From Candidatus Saccharimonadales bacterium (lineage in GTDB: Bacteria; Patescibacteriota; Saccharimonadia; Saccharimonadales; 2-12-FULL-41-12): DNA of 64,000 nucleotides. The stretch is from positions 343,468 through 407,467 of the forward strand of contig JANWLD010000001.1 of assembly GCA_025451045.1 (NCBI GenBank). Direction: 5' to 3'. Made by a program: the position numbers and the translations under genes. Below the pieces are notes generated by a model that was given only the letters and a program-made list of their open reading frames with translations, made no database searches and was not told where the DNA came from. Below, piece by piece: positions 1 to 8,342 of the stretch; within the stretch, counting starts at the first letter, position 1; every line of letters begins with the position of its first letter.

Positions 1-51
1 ACCTGTTTCCGCGAAGTTTTAATCTTAAAATCAGTATTATAAGAATCAAGA

Positions 52-927
52 ATGTATTCTAATATTGCCGCCAACAAAAGAAAAACCGTCCTGATTTTTG
101 CTTTTTTCCTGGGTTTTGTCGGCGCTTTGGGCTGGCTGTTTTCCGCATATCTCGGCGAGCCGCTGATAACGCCATATGTTCTTGTCGGCGCTTCAATTTA
201 TGCGCTGCTTGCCTATTTTACCGGAGCCAGGATGGCAGTTGCTGTCAACGGGGCGAAACAGATTCAGAAAAAGGATAACCCCAGATTGTACCGGATAGTC
301 GAGAACCTGGCGATTACCGAGGGCTTGCCAACGCCAAAAGTCTATATCATGGATGATCCGGCACTGAATGCTTTTGCGACCGGCCGCAACCCAAAAACCG
401 CGATAGTCTGTGCGACCACCGGCATTTTGGATACGCTTAATGATAATGAGTTGGAAGGGGTGATGGCTCACGAGCTTGGCCATGTCAAAAATTATGACAT
501 CCGCGTGTCGATGCTGGCGTTTGCCTTGGTGTCGGTCGTATCGCTGATGGCAGATATTATTTTACATTTCACCTGGTTTAGCGGTGATGACAAAGAAGAC
601 ACCAATCCGATAGTTCTTATCCTAGGCTTGGCCGCGATGATAATAGCACCGATTGCCGCCAGTATGATTCAACTGGCGATTTCCCGCCGCCGCGAATATC
701 TGGCCGATGCTACCGGAGCATTGACTACGCGCAACCCGGAAGGCTTGGCCGCCGCGCTTGAAAAGATTGCCAACAAAGGCAGTGTTACAGCGCGAGCCAA
801 CAGTTCGACGGCCCATCTTTTTTTCGCTAATCCATTAAGAAAAGGTTCGGTTTCCAATTTATTCAGTACCCATCCGCCAATAGAGGAAAGAATCAAAGCC
901 CTGCGCGACATGGGTGATAATCTTTAG
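52..927 (+). CDS. htpX: HtpX-family M48 zinc metalloprotease (membrane)
   Basis: 291-aa ORF; N-terminal TM helices; HEXXH zinc site 'HELGHV'; C-terminal 'THPPIEERI' typical of HtpX. Confidence 0.9.
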   Translation: MYSNIAANKRKTVLIFAFFLGFVGALGWLFSAYLGEPLITPYVLVGASIYALLAYFTGARMAVAVNGAKQIQKKDNPRLYRIVENLAITEGLPTPKVYIMDDPALNAFATGRNPKTAIVCATTGILDTLNDNELEGVMAHELGHVKNYDIRVSMLAFALVSVVSLMADIILHFTWFSGDDKEDTNPIVLILGLAAMIIAPIAASMIQLAISRRREYLADATGALTTRNPEGLAAALEKIANKGSVTARANSSTAHLFFANPLRKGSVSNLFSTHPPIEERIKALRDMGDNL

Positions 928-943
928 CCGATACTTTATACCA

Positions 944-1882
944 ATGCCAAAAAAACAGAGCACCAACCAAAATAAAAAACCGCGGACTGTAAAGCAGCCG
1001 ATTTACAAAAGTTTTCGCTTGCAGAAAAAAATTAAGCCGCCAGCGAAAAAACCTTTGCCGGGAATAGTACGCCTGTGCCGCAGCGCGCTTGTTCCTCTTA
1101 AGTCAAATAAAAAACTATTTTTTGGCATAATATTTATTCATTTTGTTTTCATTATGATATTCGTCAGCGGCATAGCTTCCTCGCTCAATTTCGTGGCGGC
1201 CAAAGATAGCCTTCAACAAGCCTTCGGCGGCACCTTAGATAACTATACTTCGGTAGTGGCATTGTTGTCCTATGCGCTGAGTTCCGGCGGCGGAGGCAAC
1301 ACGGCGTCCGCTAATTATCAGATATTTATCTCACTGGTCGTAAGTTTGGCCGTAATCTGGTCGATACGGCAAGTGCTAGCCGGCGAAAAGATAATCATCA
1401 GGCAAGCGTTTTATCTTGGCATGTATCCCCTCATCCCATTCATGGCAGTACTTTTGATAATAGGCTTGCAACTAATTCCAGCTTTGATAGGCAATCTGCT
1501 GCTGACTATCGTGCTAAGCGGCGGGCTTGCAGTAACGCTTTTGGAAAAAGCTCTTTTTTGGCTGATTTTTATCTTGCTTTCGCTGCTTTCACTTTATATG
1601 CTCGTTTCATCTATTTTTGGCCTTTATATCAGCACTTTGCCAGACATGACTCCGCTGAAAGCCTTGCGGTCGGCCCGCAGCTTGGTTTTGCACAGAAGGC
1701 TTAGGGTAGCTTTAAGGCTGGTCGGGCTGCCGCTGGTGATGATGATTTTTTACGCGGTCGTATTGGTGCCTTTGATATTCATTTTTCCTTTGGCGGTAGT
1801 GCCGGTTTTTCTACTGCTTAACAGCTTCAGCTTGTTTTTTATTAACTCCTATCTTTATAACTTGTATAGGGAATTACTATGA
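944..1882 (+). CDS. hypothetical polytopic membrane protein with K/P-rich N-terminus
   Basis: ORF 914..1882; first ATG at 944 just after the htpX stop (925-927); several hydrophobic helices; stop overlaps the ligA ATG (ATGA at 1879-1882). Confidence 0.6.
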   Translation: MPKKQSTNQNKKPRTVKQPIYKSFRLQKKIKPPAKKPLPGIVRLCRSALVPLKSNKKLFFGIIFIHFVFIMIFVSGIASSLNFVAAKDSLQQAFGGTLDNYTSVVALLSYALSSGGGGNTASANYQIFISLVVSLAVIWSIRQVLAGEKIIIRQAFYLGMYPLIPFMAVLLIIGLQLIPALIGNLLLTIVLSGGLAVTLLEKALFWLIFILLSLLSLYMLVSSIFGLYISTLPDMTPLKALRSARSLVLHRRLRVALRLVGLPLVMMIFYAVVLVPLIFIFPLAVVPVFLLLNSFSLFFINSYLYNLYRELL

Positions 1883-3897
1883 ACAAAGAGCAGGCCAAAG
1901 AACGGGTCGAAAAACTTCGCGCCCAGATTGACGAATACCGCTACCGTTACCATGTCTTAGACGATCCGATGGTAACTGATGAGATATATGATTCACTAAC
2001 TCGTGAACTTAAAAAACTCGAAGAGGATTATCCAAAATTACTAACACCCGATTCGCCGACCCAGCGTGTCGGCGGCAAGCCGCTGGCTAAGTTCGTCAAC
2101 GTAGAACATTCAACCCCTATGCTAAGTCTGAACGACGTTTTCACTCCAGATGAATTCAAAGCATGGATAAATCGTCTGCATAAGCTGTTGCCTGATGAAA
2201 AATCATTTGAATACCATCTGGATTTAAAAATGGACGGTCTAGCCTGCGCGCTAATCTATGAGGGCGGAGTATTAGTCCGAGGACTGACCCGCGGCGACGG
2301 AAGGGTCGGCGAAGACGTCACCCAAAATATCCGCACTATCCGTTCTATTCCGCTAAGGCTAAGGCATGACGATAAAATATCGTCCGAATATTACAAAGGC
2401 ACGGTAGAAGTCAGGGGCGAAATAATGCTTTATAGAAAGGACTTTGAAATATTAAATGCCGAACGGAAAAAAACCGGCCTGCCGGAATTCATGAACCCGC
2501 GCAATACCGCCGCCGGCACTGTTCGCCAGCTCGACCCGGCTTTGGTCGCTGCCCGGCCGCTGAAATTCCATGCTTATGGGCTGATTGCAACGGGTATAAA
2601 GACCAAGGCCGAAGAATATGACTTGGCCGGACGGCTGGGTTTTATTGTCAATCGACAATCATCTCAACAAAAGACGTTTGAGCAAATCATGGCGGTAGCT
2701 GATGAATGGGATGAAAAGAGAAAAAATCTACCATTTAATACTGACGGCTTGGTGATAACGCTCAATGACAAAGCGCTTTATGGCCGGCTGGGCTTCGTCG
2801 GTAAAGCACCGCGCGGTTCGGTGGCTTACAAATACGCGCCGGAGCAGGCAACTTCCAAAGTCAAGGACATCTTCATCTCCATCGGCCGGACTGGCGCGGC
2901 CACGCCGGTGGCAATGTTAGAGCCGACGGTTATCGCTGGCAGCCTGGTCCAGATGGCAACACTGCATAACGAAGGCGAGATTGAAAGAAAAGACGTGCGC
3001 ATAGGCGATACGGTGGCAGTCCACAAAGCCGGTGATATTATTCCCGAAGTCATCGAATCGTTCCCCAGATTGCGCGACGGTAGCCAGAAAAAATTCAAAA
3101 TGCCAAAAAATTGTCCGGATTGTGGCACGGGGCTGGTCAAAGCCAAACAAGAAGAAGCCATCTGGCGTTGTCCTAACAACCAATGTCCGTCCCGACTTTC
3201 CAACCAGCTAAGACATTTTGCAAGTAAAAGCGCCCTGGATATAGAAGGGCTTGGCGAGAAAAACGTCGAGGTATTGCTAGAAAATAACTTAGCTAACAGC
3301 CCGGCTGATTTTTACCGTTTACGGGCCGAAGATTTAAAGAAACTGGAAAGGTTCGCGGAAATTTCAGCCAATAAACTGGTAGCCGCGATTGCTGAGAAAA
3401 AACATCCCGAGCTTCATCGGTTCATCTATGCTCTGGGTATCAGGCATGTCGGCGCGCAGACGGCGGTGGATTTAGCAAATAGTTATAAGAATTTCGAAAG
3501 TTTAAGTGAAGCGACTATAGAAGATTTGCATGAGGTAGAAGGTATAGGCGAAGTTGTAGCCGAATCGATAGTCGCATGGTTTGGTGAACCGCAAAACCAA
3601 CAGTTATTGGACGAATTTGAAAAAGTCGGGGTCAAACCTAAAGAAGTCCATGTCAAAGAAAGTTCAATCACCGGCAAAAAGTTCGTAGTTACGGGAAGTT
3701 TGTCGGAAATGGGCAGGGAAGAGGCCGCCGAAAAAATACGTTCGCTTGGCGGAATTTTCCAATCCAGTGTTGGCAAAGACACCGATTATCTGGTGACAGG
3801 TGACAATACCGGTTCGGCCAAGCTTGAAAAAGCCCAAAAATACGGCACCAAAATCATTAACGAAGCCGAGTTTATTAAACTTATTGATAGAGCCTAG
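1879..3897 (+). CDS. ligA: NAD-dependent DNA ligase
   Basis: 672 aa; adenylation KxDG motif 'LKMDGLA'; four-Cys zinc finger 'CPDCG...CPNNQCP'; HhH region and C-terminal BRCT-like 'GKKFVVTGSL'. Confidence 0.95.
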   Translation: MNKEQAKERVEKLRAQIDEYRYRYHVLDDPMVTDEIYDSLTRELKKLEEDYPKLLTPDSPTQRVGGKPLAKFVNVEHSTPMLSLNDVFTPDEFKAWINRLHKLLPDEKSFEYHLDLKMDGLACALIYEGGVLVRGLTRGDGRVGEDVTQNIRTIRSIPLRLRHDDKISSEYYKGTVEVRGEIMLYRKDFEILNAERKKTGLPEFMNPRNTAAGTVRQLDPALVAARPLKFHAYGLIATGIKTKAEEYDLAGRLGFIVNRQSSQQKTFEQIMAVADEWDEKRKNLPFNTDGLVITLNDKALYGRLGFVGKAPRGSVAYKYAPEQATSKVKDIFISIGRTGAATPVAMLEPTVIAGSLVQMATLHNEGEIERKDVRIGDTVAVHKAGDIIPEVIESFPRLRDGSQKKFKMPKNCPDCGTGLVKAKQEEAIWRCPNNQCPSRLSNQLRHFASKSALDIEGLGEKNVEVLLENNLANSPADFYRLRAEDLKKLERFAEISANKLVAAIAEKKHPELHRFIYALGIRHVGAQTAVDLANSYKNFESLSEATIEDLHEVEGIGEVVAESIVAWFGEPQNQQLLDEFEKVGVKPKEVHVKESSITGKKFVVTGSLSEMGREEAAEKIRSLGGIFQSSVGKDTDYLVTGDNTGSAKLEKAQKYGTKIINEAEFIKLIDRA

Positions 3898-3944
3898 AGT
3901 GTTGTATAATCAGAAGCGTTATCGTGCGCACTTGCGGCGACGCA

Positions 3945-3986
3945 AAATAAAAAGATAAAAATAAAAAGCCCGCCGCTAGGGTGGGC
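3945..3986 (-). terminator. intrinsic-terminator-like element readable on the minus strand
   Basis: 7-bp GC-rich hairpin gcccgcc/ggtgggc (one G.U) at 3968-3986; on the minus strand it is followed by a long U-rich run (plus-strand A-rich 3945-3967). Confidence 0.35.
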
Positions 3987-4017
3987 GCGCACGTTGTCGA
4001 AGTTGAGCTTCTTCTCT

Positions 4018-4059
4018 CAGATTTGCAAACAGTTCCTTCGTTTGCAAATCTGTTTTTTT
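4018..4059 (+). terminator. rho-independent terminator
   Basis: 13-bp perfect stem cagatttgcaaac/gtttgcaaatctg, 9-nt loop, then T7 (4053-4059). Confidence 0.8.
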
Positions 4060-4190
4060 AAGAAATGACCGGGGTTTATTATGCTAAAATATATTGGTTA
4101 ATTATTTGTGGCTGGCGCGCGAAAATCCATACTATATTATTACGGACGACTCTTCGTTCGCGGCTACAAAAAGCCAAGACTTTGGCTTTT

Positions 4191-4267
4191 GGGGATATAG
4201 CTCAGTTGATTAGAGCGCTACGCTGGCAGCGTAGAGGTCGAGGGTTTGAGTCCCTCTATCTCCACCA
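4191..4267 (+). tRNA. tRNA-Ala (anticodon GGC), CCA encoded
   Basis: Cloverleaf readable by eye: acceptor GGGGATA/TATCTCC with G3:U70 Ala identity pair; anticodon loop cTGGCAg; T-arm gaggg-tttgagt-ccctc; discriminator A then CCA. Confidence 0.9.
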
Positions 4268-4311
4268 AAAAACCAACCTGTTATAATAGTTTACAAATCA
4301 GGGAGTAAAAA

Positions 4312-5220
4312 GTGAAAAAAATATTTGCAAGAAATTACAAGAAAAACCCGGCGCGTCTGGCCATAGATTTAGTCGTTTTGGCCTGTGTTATTTTACTGGG
4401 AGTATCATTATTTTTATGGTGGACAAGAATTTTTATGAATCCCCAGCGGACGCTGGATGATACGATTGCCAATAACCTCAAGACCAGAAGCATCACCAAA
4501 AGCGTCAACCAATCCGGCGCAACCGGCGGTATCAACCAAGTTACTTATTTGACCTTTTTCCCGCCAACCGTAGCCTCACAGACTGATACCGTCTTGACCC
4601 AAGGCGCCGGTTCCAATGCTAATTCCGTAACAACCCAGACTATCGGTACTTCTTCAGAAGATTTCATACGCTACACTAACGTAAAAACAAGCAATCAAGA
4701 AAGCTCAGAACGCGTAAAAGGACTTTTGGGCGAATGGGCAAAAAGACAGCAAGACCTGGCTAAAGGCCAGCGCGTGTCATTCTTGAACGAATCGATGTTC
4801 AGCATAGTTCCCTTCGGCTATTTCAATGACAGCCAAAGCGCCCAGTTACTTGACCTGATTAAACAGAAAAATGTTTACAAATATAATTCGGCAAAGCGGA
4901 TGATACAAAACAAACGGCCGGTCTATGTCTATGATATGTCGATTAACCCGGCAGACTTAGTAACCGTACTGCAAGAATACATAAGGCTAAGCGGGGCAGG
5001 TGATCCATCCCAATTCAACCCGGCCCAGTACCAAGGATTGAGCGACGTAAAGGTTAAAATGACCATAGACATCTTAAGCCGGCAAATAGTAGATGTTCAA
5101 TATTCCACCGGACGGACTGAGAACTACAGCGGCCAAAACCTATACCACCCGATTGAACTGCCAACCGAAACGATTCCTGTTGAAGAACTGCAAAAACGCT
5201 TGCAGGGCCTGAGCGCCTGA
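4312..5220 (+). CDS. hypothetical membrane-anchored (N-terminal TM) protein
   Basis: 302-aa ORF; GTG start 6 nt after GGGAG (4301-4305); extended -10 TGtTATAAT at 4279-4287; single N-terminal TM then soluble domain. Confidence 0.65.
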   Translation: MKKIFARNYKKNPARLAIDLVVLACVILLGVSLFLWWTRIFMNPQRTLDDTIANNLKTRSITKSVNQSGATGGINQVTYLTFFPPTVASQTDTVLTQGAGSNANSVTTQTIGTSSEDFIRYTNVKTSNQESSERVKGLLGEWAKRQQDLAKGQRVSFLNESMFSIVPFGYFNDSQSAQLLDLIKQKNVYKYNSAKRMIQNKRPVYVYDMSINPADLVTVLQEYIRLSGAGDPSQFNPAQYQGLSDVKVKMTIDILSRQIVDVQYSTGRTENYSGQNLYHPIELPTETIPVEELQKRLQGLSA

Positions 5221-5276
5221 TTAGGCCGCTTTAAGTTATACTGTTGTTGATGGTTTGAAGCAGACCGTCCTCATAT

Positions 5277-6494
5277 ATGAACATGAAAAAACTCGCCAAA
5301 TCGCTGGTAGCATCTATTTTAGGCTGGCAGGTGCGCCGACTGCGCCGCAGACATGAGTTTAAAGTTATTGGCGTAGCTGGCGGCATAGGCAAAACAAGTA
5401 CCAAATTTGCAATAGTATCCGTCTTAAGCCAAAAGTTCAGTGTCAGGTTTCAGGAAGGGAATTATAACGATATTGTCAGCGTGCCGCTTGTTTTTTTTAA
5501 TCAGCCGATGCCTTCTTTATTTAACCCCTTGGACTGGCTAAAAGTATTTATTAAAAACGAGATTAAATTAAGACGGAAATACAGCCATGATTTCGTAATC
5601 GTTGAACTTGGAACCGACGGACCGGGGCAAATTGCCGAATTTGGTCGGTATCTAGATTTGGATATAGGTATTTTAACGGCTATCGTGCCAGAGCATATGG
5701 AGTATTTTGATAACTTGGAAGCGGTAGCAACCGAGGAATTGGGGATAGCTCGATTAAGCAAAAAATTATTTGTTAACACTGAGCTTTGCGATAAAAAATA
5801 TTTAGATAAGCTCAATAAAGACTTTATAGGCTACGATAGCACTAACGCAGAAAATATTGTTAAGACAAAAGACATAGTTCCAGCAAAAGCCCAGCTTTTC
5901 TCAGCCGCCGCCGCCGCGGTTGTTGGGGGCGAACTGGGATTGAGCACCAAGCAAGTAGAGACCGGCATAAAGTTAATCAAACCGGTGAGTGGCAGGATGC
6001 GGATACTTCAAGGAATTAACGGATCTGTGATAATTGACGATACTTACAACGCGAGCCCAGCAGCCATGAAACAGTCATTGGATACATTGTATAAACTCAA
6101 TCGGCAGGAGAAGATAGCATTATTAGGCAGCATGAATGAGTTAGGTCGGTTCTCAGCAGAAGAACACAACGCTATTGGAGAATATTGTGACCCTAAAGAA
6201 CTTAATCTTGTAGTGACTGTCGGTGAAGAAGCCGGTAAATATCTGGCGCCGGCGGCGGCAAAAAAAGGCTGCAAGATAAAGACCTTCATTGATCCTTACC
6301 AAGCAGGGGAATACCTTAAACAAACGATAAAACCTGAAACGGCCATTTTAGCCAAGGGTTCGCAGAACGGAATATTTGCCGAAGAAGCAGTCAAGATAAT
6401 TCTTGCTAAGCCCGAGGACGCTTCTAAGCTTGTCCGGCAAAGCCCCGACTGGCTTGCTAAAAAACAAAAACAATTCAGTGAGGCAAAAATATGA
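5277..6494 (+). CDS. murF: Mur ligase, UDP-MurNAc-tripeptide--D-Ala-D-Ala ligase-like
   Basis: 405 aa; P-loop 'GVAGGIGKTSTK'; 'DDTYNASPAAMKQSLDTL' typical of MurF; next gene is ddl. Confidence 0.8.
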   Translation: MNMKKLAKSLVASILGWQVRRLRRRHEFKVIGVAGGIGKTSTKFAIVSVLSQKFSVRFQEGNYNDIVSVPLVFFNQPMPSLFNPLDWLKVFIKNEIKLRRKYSHDFVIVELGTDGPGQIAEFGRYLDLDIGILTAIVPEHMEYFDNLEAVATEELGIARLSKKLFVNTELCDKKYLDKLNKDFIGYDSTNAENIVKTKDIVPAKAQLFSAAAAAVVGGELGLSTKQVETGIKLIKPVSGRMRILQGINGSVIIDDTYNASPAAMKQSLDTLYKLNRQEKIALLGSMNELGRFSAEEHNAIGEYCDPKELNLVVTVGEEAGKYLAPAAAKKGCKIKTFIDPYQAGEYLKQTIKPETAILAKGSQNGIFAEEAVKIILAKPEDASKLVRQSPDWLAKKQKQFSEAKI

Positions 6495-7411
6495 ATATAG
6501 TAGTACTGGGCGGCGGCACTTCTCCGGAAAGGGAAATAGCGCTTAAATCATCCAAAGCAGTGGCAGAAGCGCTAAAAAGCGCCGGTTACGAGGTTATATA
6601 TATAGACACCAAAGATGGACTTGAACAGCTGAACGACCTAGCGCCCGCTTCTACCATAGTATTCCCTATCCTACACGGCGTTGGAGGCGAGGATGGTACT
6701 ATCCAAGCCGAGCTGGAAAAGCGCGGCTTGCCGTATTTTGGCACCAAAAGCAATGAGTCTTTGGACTGTTTTGATAAAACGCGTTCTCGCAGAATAATGA
6801 CTGAAGCCGGTATTCCGATGGCCGCCGGCGGAACGGTAGATGCGCAGAGTTATTGGTCTCACGAGCTCATCGCCCAGCCTCATGTGCTGAAAGTTACCAA
6901 AGGCGGTTCCAGTATAGGCACTTATATAGTGCGAAATCCGGCGAATATCAACAAGGATAAGGTTAAAGAAGTTTTTGATTTGGACGAGCGAGCTATAATC
7001 GAAAAACTGATTGACGGGCCGGAAATAACCGTGCCGATATTCGATACTTCAGCACTTCCGGTAATAGAAATCCAACCGCCCAAAGACGGCGAATTTGACT
7101 TTGAAAATAAATATAACGGCCAAACGCAGGAACTATGTCCCCCCGAAACGGTTGATGAAAATATCCAAATTGTGGCGCAAAGACTGTCAGAACGCGTTCA
7201 TAAAACTCTAGGCGCCCGTCATTTTTCCAGAGTTGATTTGATGGTCAGCAAAGACGGCGAACTCATAGTGCTGGAACTAAACACTATACCCGGTATGACC
7301 AGCCAGAGCCTTTATCCCAAATCTGCCGCAGTCGCTGGTATGGCTATGGATGAGCTGGTTAAAAAATTCGTAGAAATGGTTATCAGGGATTACAATATCA
7401 TCAATGAGTAA
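6491..7411 (+). CDS. ddl: D-alanine--D-alanine ligase
   Basis: 306 aa; ATP-grasp; 'FPILHGVGGEDGTIQ', 'FDFENKYNG', 'LELNTIPGMT'; 4-nt overlap with murF. Confidence 0.9.
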   Translation: MNIVVLGGGTSPEREIALKSSKAVAEALKSAGYEVIYIDTKDGLEQLNDLAPASTIVFPILHGVGGEDGTIQAELEKRGLPYFGTKSNESLDCFDKTRSRRIMTEAGIPMAAGGTVDAQSYWSHELIAQPHVLKVTKGGSSIGTYIVRNPANINKDKVKEVFDLDERAIIEKLIDGPEITVPIFDTSALPVIEIQPPKDGEFDFENKYNGQTQELCPPETVDENIQIVAQRLSERVHKTLGARHFSRVDLMVSKDGELIVLELNTIPGMTSQSLYPKSAAVAGMAMDELVKKFVEMVIRDYNIINE

Positions 7412-8342
7412 ACTTGATTACCAGCAAAGCTTGGCTTATTTTCGCGGCGAATTTATACCTTTTAGCAAGGCAAACTTAAGCATAGCCAGCTCGCCGATCT
7501 TATATGGCCTGAGCATTTATACGGTCTTTAGTATCAAATGGGACTCAAACAATAAGAAGCTCTATATTTTCCGCATGAAAGAACACTATGATCGTTTGAT
7601 AGCCTCCGCGAAGATACTCGATTTCCACACTTTCACAGAGGAATGGACATACGATAAATTCAAATCTGTCATGCTCGAACTGATTAAGAAAAACAACATC
7701 GAAGAAGATGTCCTGGTAAGAGCGACGGTTTTTATAGACGAATTGATCGCAGGTACCCGGATACATGGGCTAAAAAATTCACTCAGTGCATATGTCTATC
7801 CGATGGGCGAGATACTTAATAAAAAAGGCGTACACACTTGCGTGTCCAGCTGGTATCGTACGCCGGATAATTCTATTCCTAGCCGCGCCAAGATAAACGG
7901 CAGCTACGTTAATGCGAGCCTGATGAAAAATGAAGCGTTGCTTAATGGTTTCGATGAAGCTCTGGCATTAGACCAAAGCGGGCATATTTGTGAAGGCACT
8001 GTCGCAAATATCTTCTTAGTAAAGAACGGTAAACTGATCACGCCGCACAGCCACTCAGACATCTTAGAAGGCATAACTCGTGACACTGTAATAAAGCTTG
8101 CAAATAAAACAGGCATCAGTGTTGAGGAAAGGGCGGTCGATAGAAGTGAACTATACACTGCCGATGAACTATTCTTTAGCGGTAGCAGCGCCAACATCAC
8201 GCCTATATTGTCCGTTGATAAACGAATCATAGGTTCAGGAAAAATCGGTCCTATTACAAAGCAGCTATCCGACATATATGAAGCCATAAGGCTAGACGGT
8301 GACAAGGAGTTCACCGGCTGGCTTATTGAAGCCAAGGTTTAG
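7404..8342 (+). CDS. ilvE: class IV PLP aminotransferase (IlvE/Dat family)
   Basis: 312 aa; colinear with E. coli IlvE from memory ('VSSWYRTPDNSIPSRAKINGSY', 'EGTVANIFLVKNGKLITP', 'GITRDTVIKLA'); 8-nt overlap with ddl. Confidence 0.8.
   Translation: MSKLDYQQSLAYFRGEFIPFSKANLSIASSPILYGLSIYTVFSIKWDSNNKKLYIFRMKEHYDRLIASAKILDFHTFTEEWTYDKFKSVMLELIKKNNIEEDVLVRATVFIDELIAGTRIHGLKNSLSAYVYPMGEILNKKGVHTCVSSWYRTPDNSIPSRAKINGSYVNASLMKNEALLNGFDEALALDQSGHICEGTVANIFLVKNGKLITPHSHSDILEGITRDTVIKLANKTGISVEERAVDRSELYTADELFFSGSSANITPILSVDKRIIGSGKIGPITKQLSDIYEAIRLDGDKEFTGWLIEAKV

Larger units (their letters stand above)
3917..4059 (+). ncRNA. candidate unclassified structured small RNA in the ligA/tRNA-Ala spacer (strand uncertain)
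   Basis: TATAAT at 3905-3910; GNRA-capped hairpin 3932-3945; A-rich tract; GC hairpin 3968-3986; strong terminator 4018-4059; no credible ORF. Confidence 0.25.

Noticed and set aside
4065-4286. 73-aa ORF on the plus strand
   Set aside because: It runs straight through the tRNA-Ala gene (4191-4267) and its leader. It has no RBS and a low-complexity Arg-rich translation. It is a by-product of the tRNA sequence.
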